The position numbers were made by a program, and so were the translations under genes. Below are positions 28,144-38,873 of a stretch of 64,000 bases of DNA, piece by piece. Under the pieces are notes generated by a model. That model made no database searches. It had not been told where the DNA came from and was given only the letters and a program-made list of their open reading frames with translations. Source of the stretch: an uncultured Bdellovibrionales bacterium (GTDB lineage Bacteria > Patescibacteriota > Minisyncoccia > Moranbacterales > UBA1568); NCBI GenBank assembly GCA_964612055.1, contig CAZTBI010000002.1:5632-69631 (forward strand), read 5' to 3'. How positions within the stretch are numbered: position 1 is the stretch's first letter; every line of letters begins with the position of its first letter.

Positions 28144-28258
28144 GATCTGTCTCCTTTGACAGTTGCCACGATAGGCAAACTGTAGCGTACGTTTACGATT
28201 CCTGTCAATAATAAAACCCAACCTCTCTCGGTTGGGTTTTAAGTTTTTTCTAGAACCT

Positions 28259-30721
28259 TTACAGAATCGTAAACGCCGCGACGCTATCTCCTGGTTGTGG
28301 CTTCATGACGCGCACTCCTTGAGTCACCCGACCAAGTTTCGGCACGCTCTTAAACGGAATACGGATGATGGTGCCTTTTGATGATGTCAGAATGAGATCG
28401 TCTTCGATATTGGCCATACTGACTACCTTGGCACCAATAAGCTTTCCCGTTTTCGGGGTGACCTTCATGGTCTTGATACCAGAACCACCACGCTTCTGAA
28501 CTTTATAGGATTTCAGTTCGCTCCGCTTTCCATAGCCGTTTTGGGAAAGAATGAGAAGTTCCAGGTCCTTGTTACCATTGCCAACCACATCCATACCGAC
28601 CAGAACATCAACATTCTTTAACTTGAGCCCACGTACTCCGGCAGCGTTACGTCCCATCGGACGGACATCGGATTCCTTGAAGCGGATAGCCTGACCATCA
28701 TTGGTGGTCAGTACCACTTCGTCACTTCCCGTCGTCGGCGAAACCCAACCCAAGGTATCACCCTTCTCAAGGGTGATAGCGATGAGACCACTGCGACGAA
28801 CATTTTCGAAATCCTCAAGCTTTGTTTTCTTGATCGTTCCTTTTTCTGTCGCCATGAACAAATACTTGAAGTCACTCCCCTTGTTGAGCGCGACCACCGC
28901 AGTAATTTTTTCTTCCTGGGAAAGTTGCAAAAAGTTCACAATCGCTTGGCCCTTCGACGTACGAGTTGATTCTGGGATTTCATAAGCTTTCGTCTGGAAG
29001 ACTTTGCCAGAATTGGTGAAGAACATGAGATTGTCATGCGTCTCAATCGTCAGCACCTTGGCAATCTTGTCTTCTTCTTTCGTTGTCGCACCGATAACCC
29101 CCTTGCCACCGCGCTTTTGCACACGGTAAACAGTCGGGTTCATACGCTTGATGTAGCCGTCTTCAGTGAGCGTGATAATAGCTTCTTCATTCGGAATCAA
29201 ATCTTCCTGACGGAATTCGCCAATCGCCCCTTTCACGACTTTGGTCCGACGCTCATCACCGAATTTTTCACGCACTTCGATCAACTCACTTTTCACCAGA
29301 GCTAAAATCTTTTTGCGATGCTTCAAGAGATCTTCGAGATACGCAATGAGTTTATATTTCTCTTCCAACTCATCTTCAATTTTCTTGCGTTCCAATCCGG
29401 CCAACGTCTGGAGACGCATCTCAAGAATAGCCGTGGCTTGTAATTCTGAAAGTTTGAATTTCTTTATCAAATTGACATGAGCCTCTTCTTTGGTCGCCGA
29501 TTTCTTGATGGTTTCGATAATGGCATCAATGTGATCAAGGGCAATTTTCAATCCTTCAAGAATATGAGCGCGATCTTTGGCTTTCTTCAAATCATGTTCC
29601 GTGCGACGCACGACGACAATCTCACGATGCTTGATGTAATGTTCGAGAATCGATTTCAGTGTCAGAATCTGCGGATCAACACCATCAACCAACGCCAGCA
29701 TATTGACGTTGAAATTTTTCTGCAGGTCCGTCATCTGATACAGCTGATTGAGCACCTTCTGAGGAAAAGCTTCCTTCTTCAAATCAATCACCACCCGCAC
29801 ACCATCCTTGTCGGATTCATCACGCAAGTCTTTGATACCAGGCAGCTTGTTTTCCTTGTACAGTTCCGCAATCTTCATGATGAGCGATGCCTTGTTGGTC
29901 GCATACGTCATCTCCGTCACCACAATCTGAAACATGCCTGACTTCATTTCCACAATCTCCGCTTTGGCTCGTGCCATGATAGGACCTTTACCGGTAGCGT
30001 AGGCTTCGCGGATATCTTTGGTATTGTAAATAATGCCACCCGTTGGAAAATCTGGACCCTTGATAAATTCCATAAGATCGTCCACCGTCGCTTCCGGATG
30101 ATCGATCAAGTGACAGATACCATCAATCAATTCATTCAAGTTGTGAGGAGGAATATTGGTCGCCATACCAACAGCGATACCAACCGTTCCGTTCAAAAGA
30201 AGTTGGGGCAACTTCGCCGGGAGTACCAACGGCTCTTCGTGCATGCCGTCAAAGTTTGGGACAAAATCAACCGTATCCTTATCAATATCAAGAAGCATTT
30301 CTTCGGCAATCGCTTTCAGCTTGGCCTCAGTATAACGATACGCGGCAGCACCATCACCATCCATGGAACCGAAGTTTCCCTGTCCCCAAATGAGCGGGTA
30401 GCGCAAAGAAAAATCCTGAGCCATACGAACCATCGTGTCGTAGACCGCTGTATCACCGTGCGGATGCCACTTCCCGAGTACTTCTCCGACAACCGTCGCC
30501 GATTTTCGAAACTTGGCCGTCGAACGGAGTCCAGTTGACCACATCGAATACAAAATGCGACGATGTACTGGTTTCAGACCGTCACGGACATCAGGCAGAG
30601 CACGCGCCACGATCACGCTCATGGCGTAATCGAGGTATGACTGACGCACCTCATCGGTAATCGATCGTAACTCGATCTTCCCATCGTGAAATTCTTTTTT
30701 CTCTTCTTTCTTTTCTGACAT
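28259..30721 (-). CDS. gyrA: DNA gyrase subunit A
   Basis: RALPDVRDGLKPVHRR, HPHGD, AYRYTEA, GyrA-box QKRGGKG. Confidence 0.97.
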   Translation of the reverse strand: MSEKKEEKKEFHDGKIELRSITDEVRQSYLDYAMSVIVARALPDVRDGLKPVHRRILYSMWSTGLRSTAKFRKSATVVGEVLGKWHPHGDTAVYDTMVRMAQDFSLRYPLIWGQGNFGSMDGDGAAAYRYTEAKLKAIAEEMLLDIDKDTVDFVPNFDGMHEEPLVLPAKLPQLLLNGTVGIAVGMATNIPPHNLNELIDGICHLIDHPEATVDDLMEFIKGPDFPTGGIIYNTKDIREAYATGKGPIMARAKAEIVEMKSGMFQIVVTEMTYATNKASLIMKIAELYKENKLPGIKDLRDESDKDGVRVVIDLKKEAFPQKVLNQLYQMTDLQKNFNVNMLALVDGVDPQILTLKSILEHYIKHREIVVVRRTEHDLKKAKDRAHILEGLKIALDHIDAIIETIKKSATKEEAHVNLIKKFKLSELQATAILEMRLQTLAGLERKKIEDELEEKYKLIAYLEDLLKHRKKILALVKSELIEVREKFGDERRTKVVKGAIGEFRQEDLIPNEEAIITLTEDGYIKRMNPTVYRVQKRGGKGVIGATTKEEDKIAKVLTIETHDNLMFFTNSGKVFQTKAYEIPESTRTSKGQAIVNFLQLSQEEKITAVVALNKGSDFKYLFMATEKGTIKKTKLEDFENVRRSGLIAITLEKGDTLGWVSPTTGSDEVVLTTNDGQAIRFKESDVRPMGRNAAGVRGLKLKNVDVLVGMDVVGNGNKDLELLILSQNGYGKRSELKSYKVQKRGGSGIKTMKVTPKTGKLIGAKVVSMANIEDDLILTSSKGTIIRIPFKSVPKLGRVTQGVRVMKPQPGDSVAAFTIL

Positions 30722-30739
30722 ACGGAAATATATCTTTAC

Positions 30740-31087
30740 TTATTTGGCTCCCGGAGTCACTCCCTCACTTTGTACTGTACCGCTCCGCCCATCTAACTGT
30801 TGCTCAAAAAATTCACTCCCCCCAACACCCTGCCCATCAACCTTCAGTGGCGCTGCCTGCTCGAAGAGGTCGTTCAGTGATGGCGCACCGCCGGTCAGCC
30901 CCTTCCCTCGTTCAAGAGCTTTCGGAACATCCTGCGCCGCAGTTGTCACGCTGTCTTGTACCGAAAGGAGCCAGATACCAAAAATAAGAAGCATGGAAAA
31001 CGAAACGCAAATCACGACATAGCGCCTGCGAATATGTTCGGGTTCCTGACGTGCTGCTTCAATTTTTCTCTGAAGAGAAAATTCCAT
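30740..31087 (-). CDS. Small single-TM hypothetical protein
   Basis: RQEPEHIRRRY followed by a TM helix; tightly packed between the MBL gene and gyrA. Confidence 0.65.
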   Translation of the reverse strand: MEFSLQRKIEAARQEPEHIRRRYVVICVSFSMLLIFGIWLLSVQDSVTTAAQDVPKALERGKGLTGGAPSLNDLFEQAAPLKVDGQGVGGSEFFEQQLDGRSGTVQSEGVTPGAK

Positions 31088-31097
31088 GATAATGCTG

Positions 31098-31757
31098 TTA
31101 TGCCCCTCTTTCAAGCAGTACGACTTCGAGCTGCTTCCCTTCCATTTCTTTTTTCTTGATGTTGAACTTCGGGAGAGTTTCCTTTGGACAATTTCCAATG
31201 GTATCACAGAAAGCTTTTTCTGTTTCCAGTGACAAAGTCAGTCCAGGAATCTTATAATGCATCGGAATAATAATTTTTGGCTCGATTTTTCGTACCAGCT
31301 CAGCTGCGAGTTTTGCATCGAGCGTATCACTACCCCCAACTGGAACAAAAAGGATATCGACGCCATTCAATTTATCAAGTATGTCTGGTGAGAGATCGTG
31401 CCCCAGAGCACCCAAGAAAGCCACGTGAATATCTTCACTTTCAAAAGCAAAGAGGGTGTTCTGTCCACGTTCCGCCCCTTCTTTGTTATCACGAAACGCT
31501 GGAAAACCAAGAGCCGCAATACCTTTGGCTGAATATTCCCCTGGCGCATCAATCACGGCCGGCTCACCCTTCAAGCTCTCCTTCACAGCTTCGGTATTGC
31601 CATGAGTGAGAAAAACGATATCGGCTTGACCCTGAGGTGCTCGCAGTCCGGAACCTTTTTCTAAAAGATCAGTCCAAATGATGACATCTTCCGTGGCCCG
31701 ACCCGCTGGCTTAGTGCTGATTTTGAAACAATAATCTCCGTAATACTGGATATTCAT
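31098..31757 (-). CDS. MBL-fold (Lactamase_B_3-like) protein with degenerate metal motifs
   Basis: I.YYG..CFKI, ADIV..TH, PGEY, DILFVPVGG, IIIPMHY; HxHxDH reads HGNTEA. Confidence 0.8.
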   Translation of the reverse strand: MNIQYYGDYCFKISTKPAGRATEDVIIWTDLLEKGSGLRAPQGQADIVFLTHGNTEAVKESLKGEPAVIDAPGEYSAKGIAALGFPAFRDNKEGAERGQNTLFAFESEDIHVAFLGALGHDLSPDILDKLNGVDILFVPVGGSDTLDAKLAAELVRKIEPKIIIPMHYKIPGLTLSLETEKAFCDTIGNCPKETLPKFNIKKKEMEGKQLEVVLLERGA

Positions 31758-31907
31758 AGCCACTTTTTTCCTTTACAATACATCTATAGTAGCAGAACTT
31801 CTCCTCCCTTACAAGGCTTATTTCTGTCACTTTTTCACTCAGTTTTCAAAAAAAACGACTAAAATAATTCAATAGCGCCACCTCATCCTCTCTGACTTCT
31901 CTGGGGG

Positions 31908-31936
31908 TTGCATAAATCCCTGTTCTGCGCTAGAAT
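31908..31936 (+). promoter_or_regulatory. Probable sigma70 promoter of rpsA with a ~185-nt leader
   Basis: TTGCAT-N17-TAGAAT. Confidence 0.55.
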
Positions 31937-32125
31937 CAGTTGCAGCTTCATTTGAGGCTACCCGGCTAATTGGTTAACACAACTGAATACGAGGAGCTCT
32001 ATCCTCGCTTTCTCCCGTTTTCCAAGGCGCCGTTTCGGTGTTTTTTCTTTTTTTCAAGCCAATTTTAGCGCCTTTTTAATATTAATATACGAGTCCAGGC
32101 GTTCTCGTCTCATCACAATAATCCT

Positions 32126-33292
32126 ATGTCACAAACCCCTGAAGAAGCAGTTGTTTCCCCAATGGAAGCCCTGCTCGCTCAACATGTCGTTGAAATACCA
32201 GAAGTGGGAGATGTCATCCCTGGTACTGTCATGCACGTCGCCCCAAGTTATGCCTTGATAGATCTCGGACCGCTTGGTACCGGTATTGTTTTGGGCAAAG
32301 AAATGCGTGACGGCCTCGGCCCTGAGGGGAAACTCAAGGTTGGAACCACTGTCACCGCCACTCTCATGAGTTATGAGAATGAAGATGGCTACATTGAACT
32401 TTCCATCCGTGAAGCCTCCTACGAGAAGTCCTGGGAAGACATCGAACACAAGCTCACCAACCGTGAAGTAGTGGCTACCAAGGTATCTGAAGCCAACAAA
32501 GGCGGTCTCATGGTAGAAATAAACGGTATTGTCGGCTTTTTGCCAGTCTCCCAGCTCGCCAGTGAACACTACCCTCGCGTGGAAGATGGCGACAAGAACA
32601 AGATTCTTGACCTTCTGAAGAAGCTGATCGGCCAGGAAATTCAGGTCCGTATCCTTGATGCCGATCGCGAGAGCGAGAAGCTCATCGTCTCAGAAAAGGC
32701 TGCTCAGAGCGAAAAAGAGCGTGAACTGATCAATCTCCTCAAAGTCGGTGACGTCGTAGAAGGTGAAGTCAGCGGTGTTGTTGATTTCGGTGCCTTCGTG
32801 AAATTCGCCCCTCCCGTTCGTGAAGATGGCAAGAAGCCAAGCGAGAAGCTCGAGGGTCTGGTTCATATTTCCGAATTGGCCTGGCAGCTTATCGATGATC
32901 CTCGTGAAATGATCAAGACCGGCGACTCGGTCGTTGCCAAGATCATCGGCATTGAAGAAACCCGTATCTCCCTCTCCATGAAGGCCTTGAAGAAGGATCC
33001 GTGGGATGCCGTTCTTGAAAAGTATAAGGTGGGCGATGTCGTTTCTGGCAAAGTCGACAAGATCAATCACTTCGGTGCCTTCGTCTACCTCGACAAGGAC
33101 ATTCACGGCCTGGCCCATGTCAGCGAATTCCAAGAAGTCTACCCAAACAAGAAGATCGAAGAGGTCTTCAAGGAAGGCGAGACCTACACTTGGAATATTC
33201 TCTCCATCGAGCCAAAGAGCCATCGTATGGGACTCCTCCCGGTAAAAGATAAGGCTACTCCTAAAGTCGCCAAGGAAGAAGCTACCGCGTAA
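32126..33292 (+). CDS. rpsA: 30S ribosomal protein S1 (four S1 domains)
   Basis: NKGGL..GFLPVSQL, DFGAFV..GLVHISEL.W, HFGAFV..GLAHVSE. Confidence 0.92.
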   Translation: MSQTPEEAVVSPMEALLAQHVVEIPEVGDVIPGTVMHVAPSYALIDLGPLGTGIVLGKEMRDGLGPEGKLKVGTTVTATLMSYENEDGYIELSIREASYEKSWEDIEHKLTNREVVATKVSEANKGGLMVEINGIVGFLPVSQLASEHYPRVEDGDKNKILDLLKKLIGQEIQVRILDADRESEKLIVSEKAAQSEKERELINLLKVGDVVEGEVSGVVDFGAFVKFAPPVREDGKKPSEKLEGLVHISELAWQLIDDPREMIKTGDSVVAKIIGIEETRISLSMKALKKDPWDAVLEKYKVGDVVSGKVDKINHFGAFVYLDKDIHGLAHVSEFQEVYPNKKIEEVFKEGETYTWNILSIEPKSHRMGLLPVKDKATPKVAKEEATA

Positions 33293-33351
33293 AACTAAAA
33301 ACATCCTGCTCTGTCAGGATGTTTTTGTAATAAATAATAGGGGCATTCTCT

Positions 33352-33921
33352 ATGACGAGTTTCAAAAATATATTTATTATTTATGGACCATCAGGATCTG
33401 GCCAAGATTCTGTCATAGAAGGTGTTGCGGAACAAATAGCCATAGAAAGGGTTATCACAACGGTCACGCGACCGATGCGATCCACAGAATCACAGGGACA
33501 CCCCTACTATTTCATCTCTCGCGAAGAGTTCGAGAAGGAAATAAAGCAAAGCTCTCTCTTGGAGTATGTCGAAAAATATCTCGGCGTATATTATGGGGTG
33601 ACGACAAAAGAAGTAGAACGCATTGCAAAGAGTGGAAAAGTAGGAATTTGGAAAGTGGATTTCGAGGGAGCGCGCAATCTCAAGCAACGCTTCCCAGAAC
33701 TCACTGTCATTTTTATTAACGCCCATCTTGATATCATTGAGGAGAGGTTGCGCAAACGCGGTGATATAACAGAAGAAGATCTCCAAGCAAGATTGAGTCA
33801 CATACGTGAATGGCTTCCTAAAAAGACCTATGACTATAAAGTTGAAAATGAGGAAGGAAAACTCGACCAAACGATCGAACACGTTGCCCGCATCATCAAA
33901 GAGCATACTGAGAAAAAATAG
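33352..33921 (+). CDS. gmk: Guanylate kinase-like protein
   Basis: GPSGSGQDS P-loop variant, TT.TRPMR.TE.QG.PYYFIS, YYG, RLRKRG. Confidence 0.8.
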   Translation: MTSFKNIFIIYGPSGSGQDSVIEGVAEQIAIERVITTVTRPMRSTESQGHPYYFISREEFEKEIKQSSLLEYVEKYLGVYYGVTTKEVERIAKSGKVGIWKVDFEGARNLKQRFPELTVIFINAHLDIIEERLRKRGDITEEDLQARLSHIREWLPKKTYDYKVENEEGKLDQTIEHVARIIKEHTEKK

Positions 33922-33940
33922 CTCCGACATCACTCCTTTT

Positions 33941-34885
33941 GTGCGGGCCTTTTTGAAGCGTGTCCAGAACACCGTCACCACAGAGAGTCTCTGGGGGAAG
34001 AAAGAACACTTCATCATCGCCGTCTCTGGTGGGGCGGACAGCCTGTGCCTCCTCGATGTTCTCTTCCTCCTTTCGAAAAAGTACGATTTTAAGCTTCATA
34101 TCGCCCACGTCAATTACCGTCTACGCCAAGAAGACTCCGCCCTCGACGAAGCTTTGGTGCGGGAACGGGCCGCTTTTTATAAGCTCCCCTTGACCGTGCT
34201 TCATCCGAAAAAAACCACGTCTTCCAACCTTGAAGAGAAGCTCCGTGATATTCGCTATCATTTTCTGGAAACCGTCCGAAAAAAAGAGCAGGCCACTCTC
34301 ATTGCCGTCGCTCACCACGAAGATGACCAGGCAGAAACTTTTCTTCTCCGCCTGCTCCGCGGGTCTGGCATGACTGGTCTTTCCGCTATGCGACCAAAGC
34401 ATGGATATATCATCCGCCCTCTCATCAAAGTAAGTCGCCAGGATATCCTCCGTTACCTCAAAGAACGCAACATCGCCTATCGGACAGACGGCAGTAACGG
34501 CGATCAAAAATTTTTACGAAACCGCCTGCGCCACGAACTCCTCCCCCTCTTAGAAAAAGAGTACCAACCGAAAGTACGAAAAATTCTGGCTGATACCGCC
34601 GCGCTCCTCGCCTCAGACTATGCCATACTCGAAACATTGTCCTCACCTCATACTGATACGAAAGAATTCTCAGTTCAAGTACTCCTCGCCCTACCAGAGC
34701 CAGTCCTCAAAACAAGACTCCGTTTCCTCCTCAAGCCCTACTATAAAGGTAAGGCTGCCCCAAAGGGACTTATCGAAGAGATTCTGAAGCTTCTCAAAAG
34801 CCGCAAAGGGAAGATTCAGACCCTCTCCTTCCGAGGGTTGAAGATCGAGCGGAAAGGTGATACAGTGAGACTACTCAATTTTTAA
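33941..34885 (+). CDS. tilS: tRNA(Ile)-lysidine synthetase
   Basis: AVSGGADS, HVNY.LR, AHHEDDQAET.LLRL.RGSG, IIRPL, RNRLR. Start probably GTG 33941. Confidence 0.93.
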   Translation: MRAFLKRVQNTVTTESLWGKKEHFIIAVSGGADSLCLLDVLFLLSKKYDFKLHIAHVNYRLRQEDSALDEALVRERAAFYKLPLTVLHPKKTTSSNLEEKLRDIRYHFLETVRKKEQATLIAVAHHEDDQAETFLLRLLRGSGMTGLSAMRPKHGYIIRPLIKVSRQDILRYLKERNIAYRTDGSNGDQKFLRNRLRHELLPLLEKEYQPKVRKILADTAALLASDYAILETLSSPHTDTKEFSVQVLLALPEPVLKTRLRFLLKPYYKGKAAPKGLIEEILKLLKSRKGKIQTLSFRGLKIERKGDTVRLLNF

Positions 34886-34914
34886 TTCTAACCCTTTATT
34901 GTTATAAGAAACCT

Positions 34915-36744
34915 ATGGAAAAAATGCTCAAAAATCTCTCGACGCTCATCCTGTTCTTCCTTTTGATTTCCGGTATTGTCATCCTCTACCAGTCACCCGA
35001 AGCTAAACCGACCGAGGTTTCCTTAAATGAGCTCGTGACCCAGATCAATCAAGGACAGGTCAAGGAAATTATCGTCAAAAACAACGAGCTCTCAATTGAG
35101 CTTCAGGATGGGAAAAAGGAGAAGGCTGGGAAAGAGCCAGAAAGCTCTCTTTCTGAAACCTTCAACAACTACGGTATCGATAAAGAAAAGTTGAAGGGTG
35201 TGACCATGACCATTACCGAAGATTCCGGTTTCAGTTTTTGGCTGACCGCTCTTCTGCCATTCCTCCTCCCCTTCATTCTGATCTCGGCCTTTATCTGGTT
35301 CATGATGCGCCAGGCACAACGTGGCAACTCTCAGGCATTGTCTTTTGGGATGAGTCGCGCGCGCATGCTTGACCCCAAAGACAAGAAAAAGCGCATTATG
35401 TTCGCCGATGTTGCTGGTGCCATAGAAGCCAAAACAGAGCTCGAAGAAGTAGTTGAATTTCTGAAGCATCCGAAAAAGTTCCTGAATATGGGAGCAAAGA
35501 TTCCAAAGGGCGTTCTTCTCCTCGGCCCTCCAGGGACCGGAAAGACTTTGATGGCCAAAGCCGTAGCCGGTGAAGCAGGCGTCCCTTTCTTCAATATTAG
35601 CGGGAGTGAGTTTGTGGAGATGTTTGTCGGCGTCGGAGCCAGTCGTGTTCGTGATCTCTTTAAACAAGCCAAGAAAAATGCTCCGGCCATCGTCTTTATC
35701 GACGAAATTGATGCTGTCGGTCGTCATCGTGGCGCTGGTCTTGGAGGTGGACACGATGAACGCGAGCAGACCTTAAACCAGATCTTGGTTGAAATGGATG
35801 GCTTCGAAACAGATACTTCGGTCATCGTTATTGCTTCCACCAACCGTCCTGATGTACTCGATCCGGCACTCCTTCGTCCTGGACGCTTTGACCGCCGCGT
35901 CACGATGGATCTTCCAGATATCAATGAACGTGAACAAATCTTAGCGATCCATGTCAAAAATAAGCCCATTGAAGAAGTAGTGCGCATGCGTACCATCGCC
36001 GAACGTACCCCAGGATTCTCTGGCGCTGATCTCGCTAACTTGGTAAATGAGGCCGCCATTCTCGCTACCAGACGCAACAAGAAAACGATTGGTATGGGAG
36101 AGCTCACTGAGTCTATTGAAAAAGTCATCCTTGGTCCAGAACGTCGCAGTCGCGTCATCAACAAGAAAGAGAAGGAAATCGTGGCTTACCACGAAGGTGG
36201 TCACGCCCTAGTCGGAGCCAGCCTCCCGAATGCTGATCCGGTGCACAAGGTTTCTATTATCTCGCGCGGACATGCTGGTGGCTATACCCTTTCCGTTCCG
36301 GATGAAGACAAGAGCCTCCATTCTCATGCCTACTTCCTCGATGAACTGGCTGTTTTCTTAGGTGGCTATGCCAGTGAGAAGCTCGTCTTTGGTGATATTA
36401 CGACCGGCCCCTCCAATGATCTCGAACGCGCCACCTCTATGGCGAGAAGCATGGTCACTCGCTACGGCATGAGCCGTCTTGGCGCTCGAACTTTCGGCAA
36501 GAAAGAAGAGCTCGTTTTCTTGGGACGCGAGATGCACGAAGAACGAAATTATTCTGAAAAAACTGCTCAGGATATTGATATCGAGGTCACACACTATATC
36601 GATGAGGCCTTCAAGCGCGCTACTGCTATTCTGACTGAAAAGCGCGCCACCCTAAATGCCATCGCGGCGGCACTGCTCGAGAAAGAAACTCTTGAAAAAG
36701 ATGAGTTCGCCGCTCTTGTCAAAAGCTTCTCTCCTACAGCATAA
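34915..36744 (+). CDS. ftsH: ATP-dependent zinc metalloprotease FtsH
   Basis: Two TM helices, [30 protein letters not shown]. Confidence 0.97.
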   Translation: MEKMLKNLSTLILFFLLISGIVILYQSPEAKPTEVSLNELVTQINQGQVKEIIVKNNELSIELQDGKKEKAGKEPESSLSETFNNYGIDKEKLKGVTMTITEDSGFSFWLTALLPFLLPFILISAFIWFMMRQAQRGNSQALSFGMSRARMLDPKDKKKRIMFADVAGAIEAKTELEEVVEFLKHPKKFLNMGAKIPKGVLLLGPPGTGKTLMAKAVAGEAGVPFFNISGSEFVEMFVGVGASRVRDLFKQAKKNAPAIVFIDEIDAVGRHRGAGLGGGHDEREQTLNQILVEMDGFETDTSVIVIASTNRPDVLDPALLRPGRFDRRVTMDLPDINEREQILAIHVKNKPIEEVVRMRTIAERTPGFSGADLANLVNEAAILATRRNKKTIGMGELTESIEKVILGPERRSRVINKKEKEIVAYHEGGHALVGASLPNADPVHKVSIISRGHAGGYTLSVPDEDKSLHSHAYFLDELAVFLGGYASEKLVFGDITTGPSNDLERATSMARSMVTRYGMSRLGARTFGKKEELVFLGREMHEERNYSEKTAQDIDIEVTHYIDEAFKRATAILTEKRATLNAIAAALLEKETLEKDEFAALVKSFSPTA

Positions 36745-36783
36745 GACGCAACTTTGTTTGCGATCGATCATCCCCTCTCCGTT

Positions 36784-37662
36784 ATGGAAAAAATTTCGTT
36801 TTTCGAAATTCTGAAAGAAAGCTGGGATACGTCTTTTTCACGTACCAGCTTTCTTTTCTTTGGTTTTTTCATTGCTCTCCCTCTTGCTGTACAAACTATT
36901 GCCCTACCCGATACCTCTCTACCACAAACAGCGCTCCTGGAAAAAGCCGCTCGCCATCCCCTCCTGACACTTCTACTCATCAGCTCTTTCTTTGTCTTCA
37001 AGCTCTTCGGAAAAAGCAACCTCATCACTACTCTTCATCAAAACACCGAGAAAAATAAGCGTGCCGAAAAAAAGAATCCTTTCTTTCAGGAAGCTTCAAG
37101 AAATTTTAAAAAGGCTTTCCTCCTTGATATCACTCTCGCACTTTTCTTTCTCATCCTCTTCTTCGTTCTCGCCCTTCCTTCACTCATTTCCTTCTTCACC
37201 TTTGGTACCATTCCAGAAACACTCCTTGTCTTGAGTGCGCTCATTTTGATACCCGTCGTTATTATTAGCTTCTTTGTGAGAGAGTTTTCTTTTTTCTATT
37301 TTCTTCTCTCTCCCCTTCGCCTCAAGGCCTCCTTCGAAGCAGGCGCTACTCTGTTCACAAAAAAAAGAAACCTCTGCCTTGCTTTTGGTCTTTTTGCCCT
37401 CCTCCAGACCCTCCTCTTTACTTTTTTTCTGAACCTGGCTATGCTAGGTATTGTCGCACTTTCACAAAAAGTAACCCCTTTCCTCCCAGAAACGGTACTC
37501 CTTTTCTCTGGAACACTCCTTTCCCTCACTTGGTACGAGGTTTTCAAGCAAGCTCTGTGGTTGAATTTTTTCAAACGTTTAGCTACCCCAAAAAATCCAG
37601 TGGCCAAAGAAGTAACCGATGTTCTCTTCAAAGAAAAAGTTTCTGAAATTCCCTCGGCGTAA
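36784..37662 (+). CDS. Hypothetical polytopic membrane protein
   Basis: About 6 hydrophobic segments; start ATG 36784. Confidence 0.7.
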   Translation: MEKISFFEILKESWDTSFSRTSFLFFGFFIALPLAVQTIALPDTSLPQTALLEKAARHPLLTLLLISSFFVFKLFGKSNLITTLHQNTEKNKRAEKKNPFFQEASRNFKKAFLLDITLALFFLILFFVLALPSLISFFTFGTIPETLLVLSALILIPVVIISFFVREFSFFYFLLSPLRLKASFEAGATLFTKKRNLCLAFGLFALLQTLLFTFFLNLAMLGIVALSQKVTPFLPETVLLFSGTLLSLTWYEVFKQALWLNFFKRLATPKNPVAKEVTDVLFKEKVSEIPSA

Positions 37663-37667
37663 TATAT

Positions 37668-37741
37668 GGGTCTGTAGCTCAGTTGGTTAGAGCGCTACAT
37701 TGACATTGTAGAGGTCTCCAGTTCGAATCTGGACAGACCCA
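37668..37741 (+). tRNA. tRNA-Val(GAC)
   Basis: GGGTCTG/CAGACCC acceptor stem, CTACA-TTGACAT-TGTAG anticodon arm. Confidence 0.95.
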
Positions 37742-37795
37742 CCCTCAAAAAGAAAAATCCCCGAACATTTCGGGGATTTTTTCTGGCCTGAAACA

Positions 37796-38869
37796 TTAGT
37801 AGCCGCCATCAGGACCATTGGCTGGTGGTGGTGGTTTAGTATACGGCCTGACATAGACATCAGTTTTCTGACTCACTTCACTGGTAAACTGCGCTGCTGG
37901 ACCAAGAGCCCGATTCGCCTGATCAAGCGCTCCTACTACTTTGTTATCCACACTGTCGATACCTCTTTGAATGTTTGCTTGCACCTGTCCCACTCCTCGC
38001 TGAACCAAACTACTCACCGTCTTATTGACCAAAGCTCCAACGACCCCAGAAAGAAATTCCCCGGGATTTTCAGCAGCGGCAATTAAATTGTTACCAATAT
38101 TCTGGACATTGACCGTCATCGCTTCAATAGTAGCAGCTGGCGCAATGGTCATGCCATTTTTTTCAGGACCGACAAAACCAGAGGACTGCGCCTTCGTTCG
38201 GGCGGCATCCTGTTCCTGAGCCAGCCTCTCTGCATACACTCCCTGAGCAACCAGTTCGTATCCAAAAGGATTATTCATCGGATTGGAGAAGAAGGCGTTG
38301 AAACCACGCCAATCCCCCTCCTGAAACATACGCTCCGGATTATCAGCATATTGATCCAGATCGTACTCGAAATAAGATTGGGTGCCGGAATAAAAGACAC
38401 CGATCGAGTTTTCAGCGCGCGATCTCAGATATCCCGCATAATTTCCAGAAACATTTCCCGCAACGTCACCAATTCCAACATAGTTCGCCGAAGCATATTT
38501 ACCACGTGTCGTCAGAGTAAAGAAATCATTCATGAACAGCTTCGTCTTCTCTGCTGGCGTATTGTACAAAAAATCTCCCCAATCAGTAATAAAGAGCGCG
38601 TCACCCACTGACGACCCACCAACCATCTGCGCCACTTTACTATTAAGGATTTTAATAGCAGCTACCTTGAGCGTTCCTAAGATAGCGCCTTCAATCTGAC
38701 GCTTAATAACATCGAGCGTCTGCCCTAACAGTTCAGACGCAATCGATTCTCCCCACACACCAGCCCGTACTGGCGCAGCTGAAAAAAGGATATTGAAAAC
38801 AAAAACGAATAGAAAGAAACCTCGAAGAAAAGATTTTTCAGAGAAATTTTTCAGAGAAAAGACGCGCAT
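37796..38869 (-). CDS. Hypothetical secreted/membrane protein
   Basis: Signal peptide ending PVRA; helical protein containing GDW..F...FSNP.NNPFG. Confidence 0.72.
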   Translation of the reverse strand: MRVFSLKNFSEKSFLRGFFLFVFVFNILFSAAPVRAGVWGESIASELLGQTLDVIKRQIEGAILGTLKVAAIKILNSKVAQMVGGSSVGDALFITDWGDFLYNTPAEKTKLFMNDFFTLTTRGKYASANYVGIGDVAGNVSGNYAGYLRSRAENSIGVFYSGTQSYFEYDLDQYADNPERMFQEGDWRGFNAFFSNPMNNPFGYELVAQGVYAERLAQEQDAARTKAQSSGFVGPEKNGMTIAPAATIEAMTVNVQNIGNNLIAAAENPGEFLSGVVGALVNKTVSSLVQRGVGQVQANIQRGIDSVDNKVVGALDQANRALGPAAQFTSEVSQKTDVYVRPYTKPPPPANGPDGGY

Positions 38870-38873
38870 AAAA

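Noticed and set aside
37944-37952. Perfect DnaA box TTATCCACA
   Set aside because: Single copy inside a CDS; plausible by chance in 64 kb.
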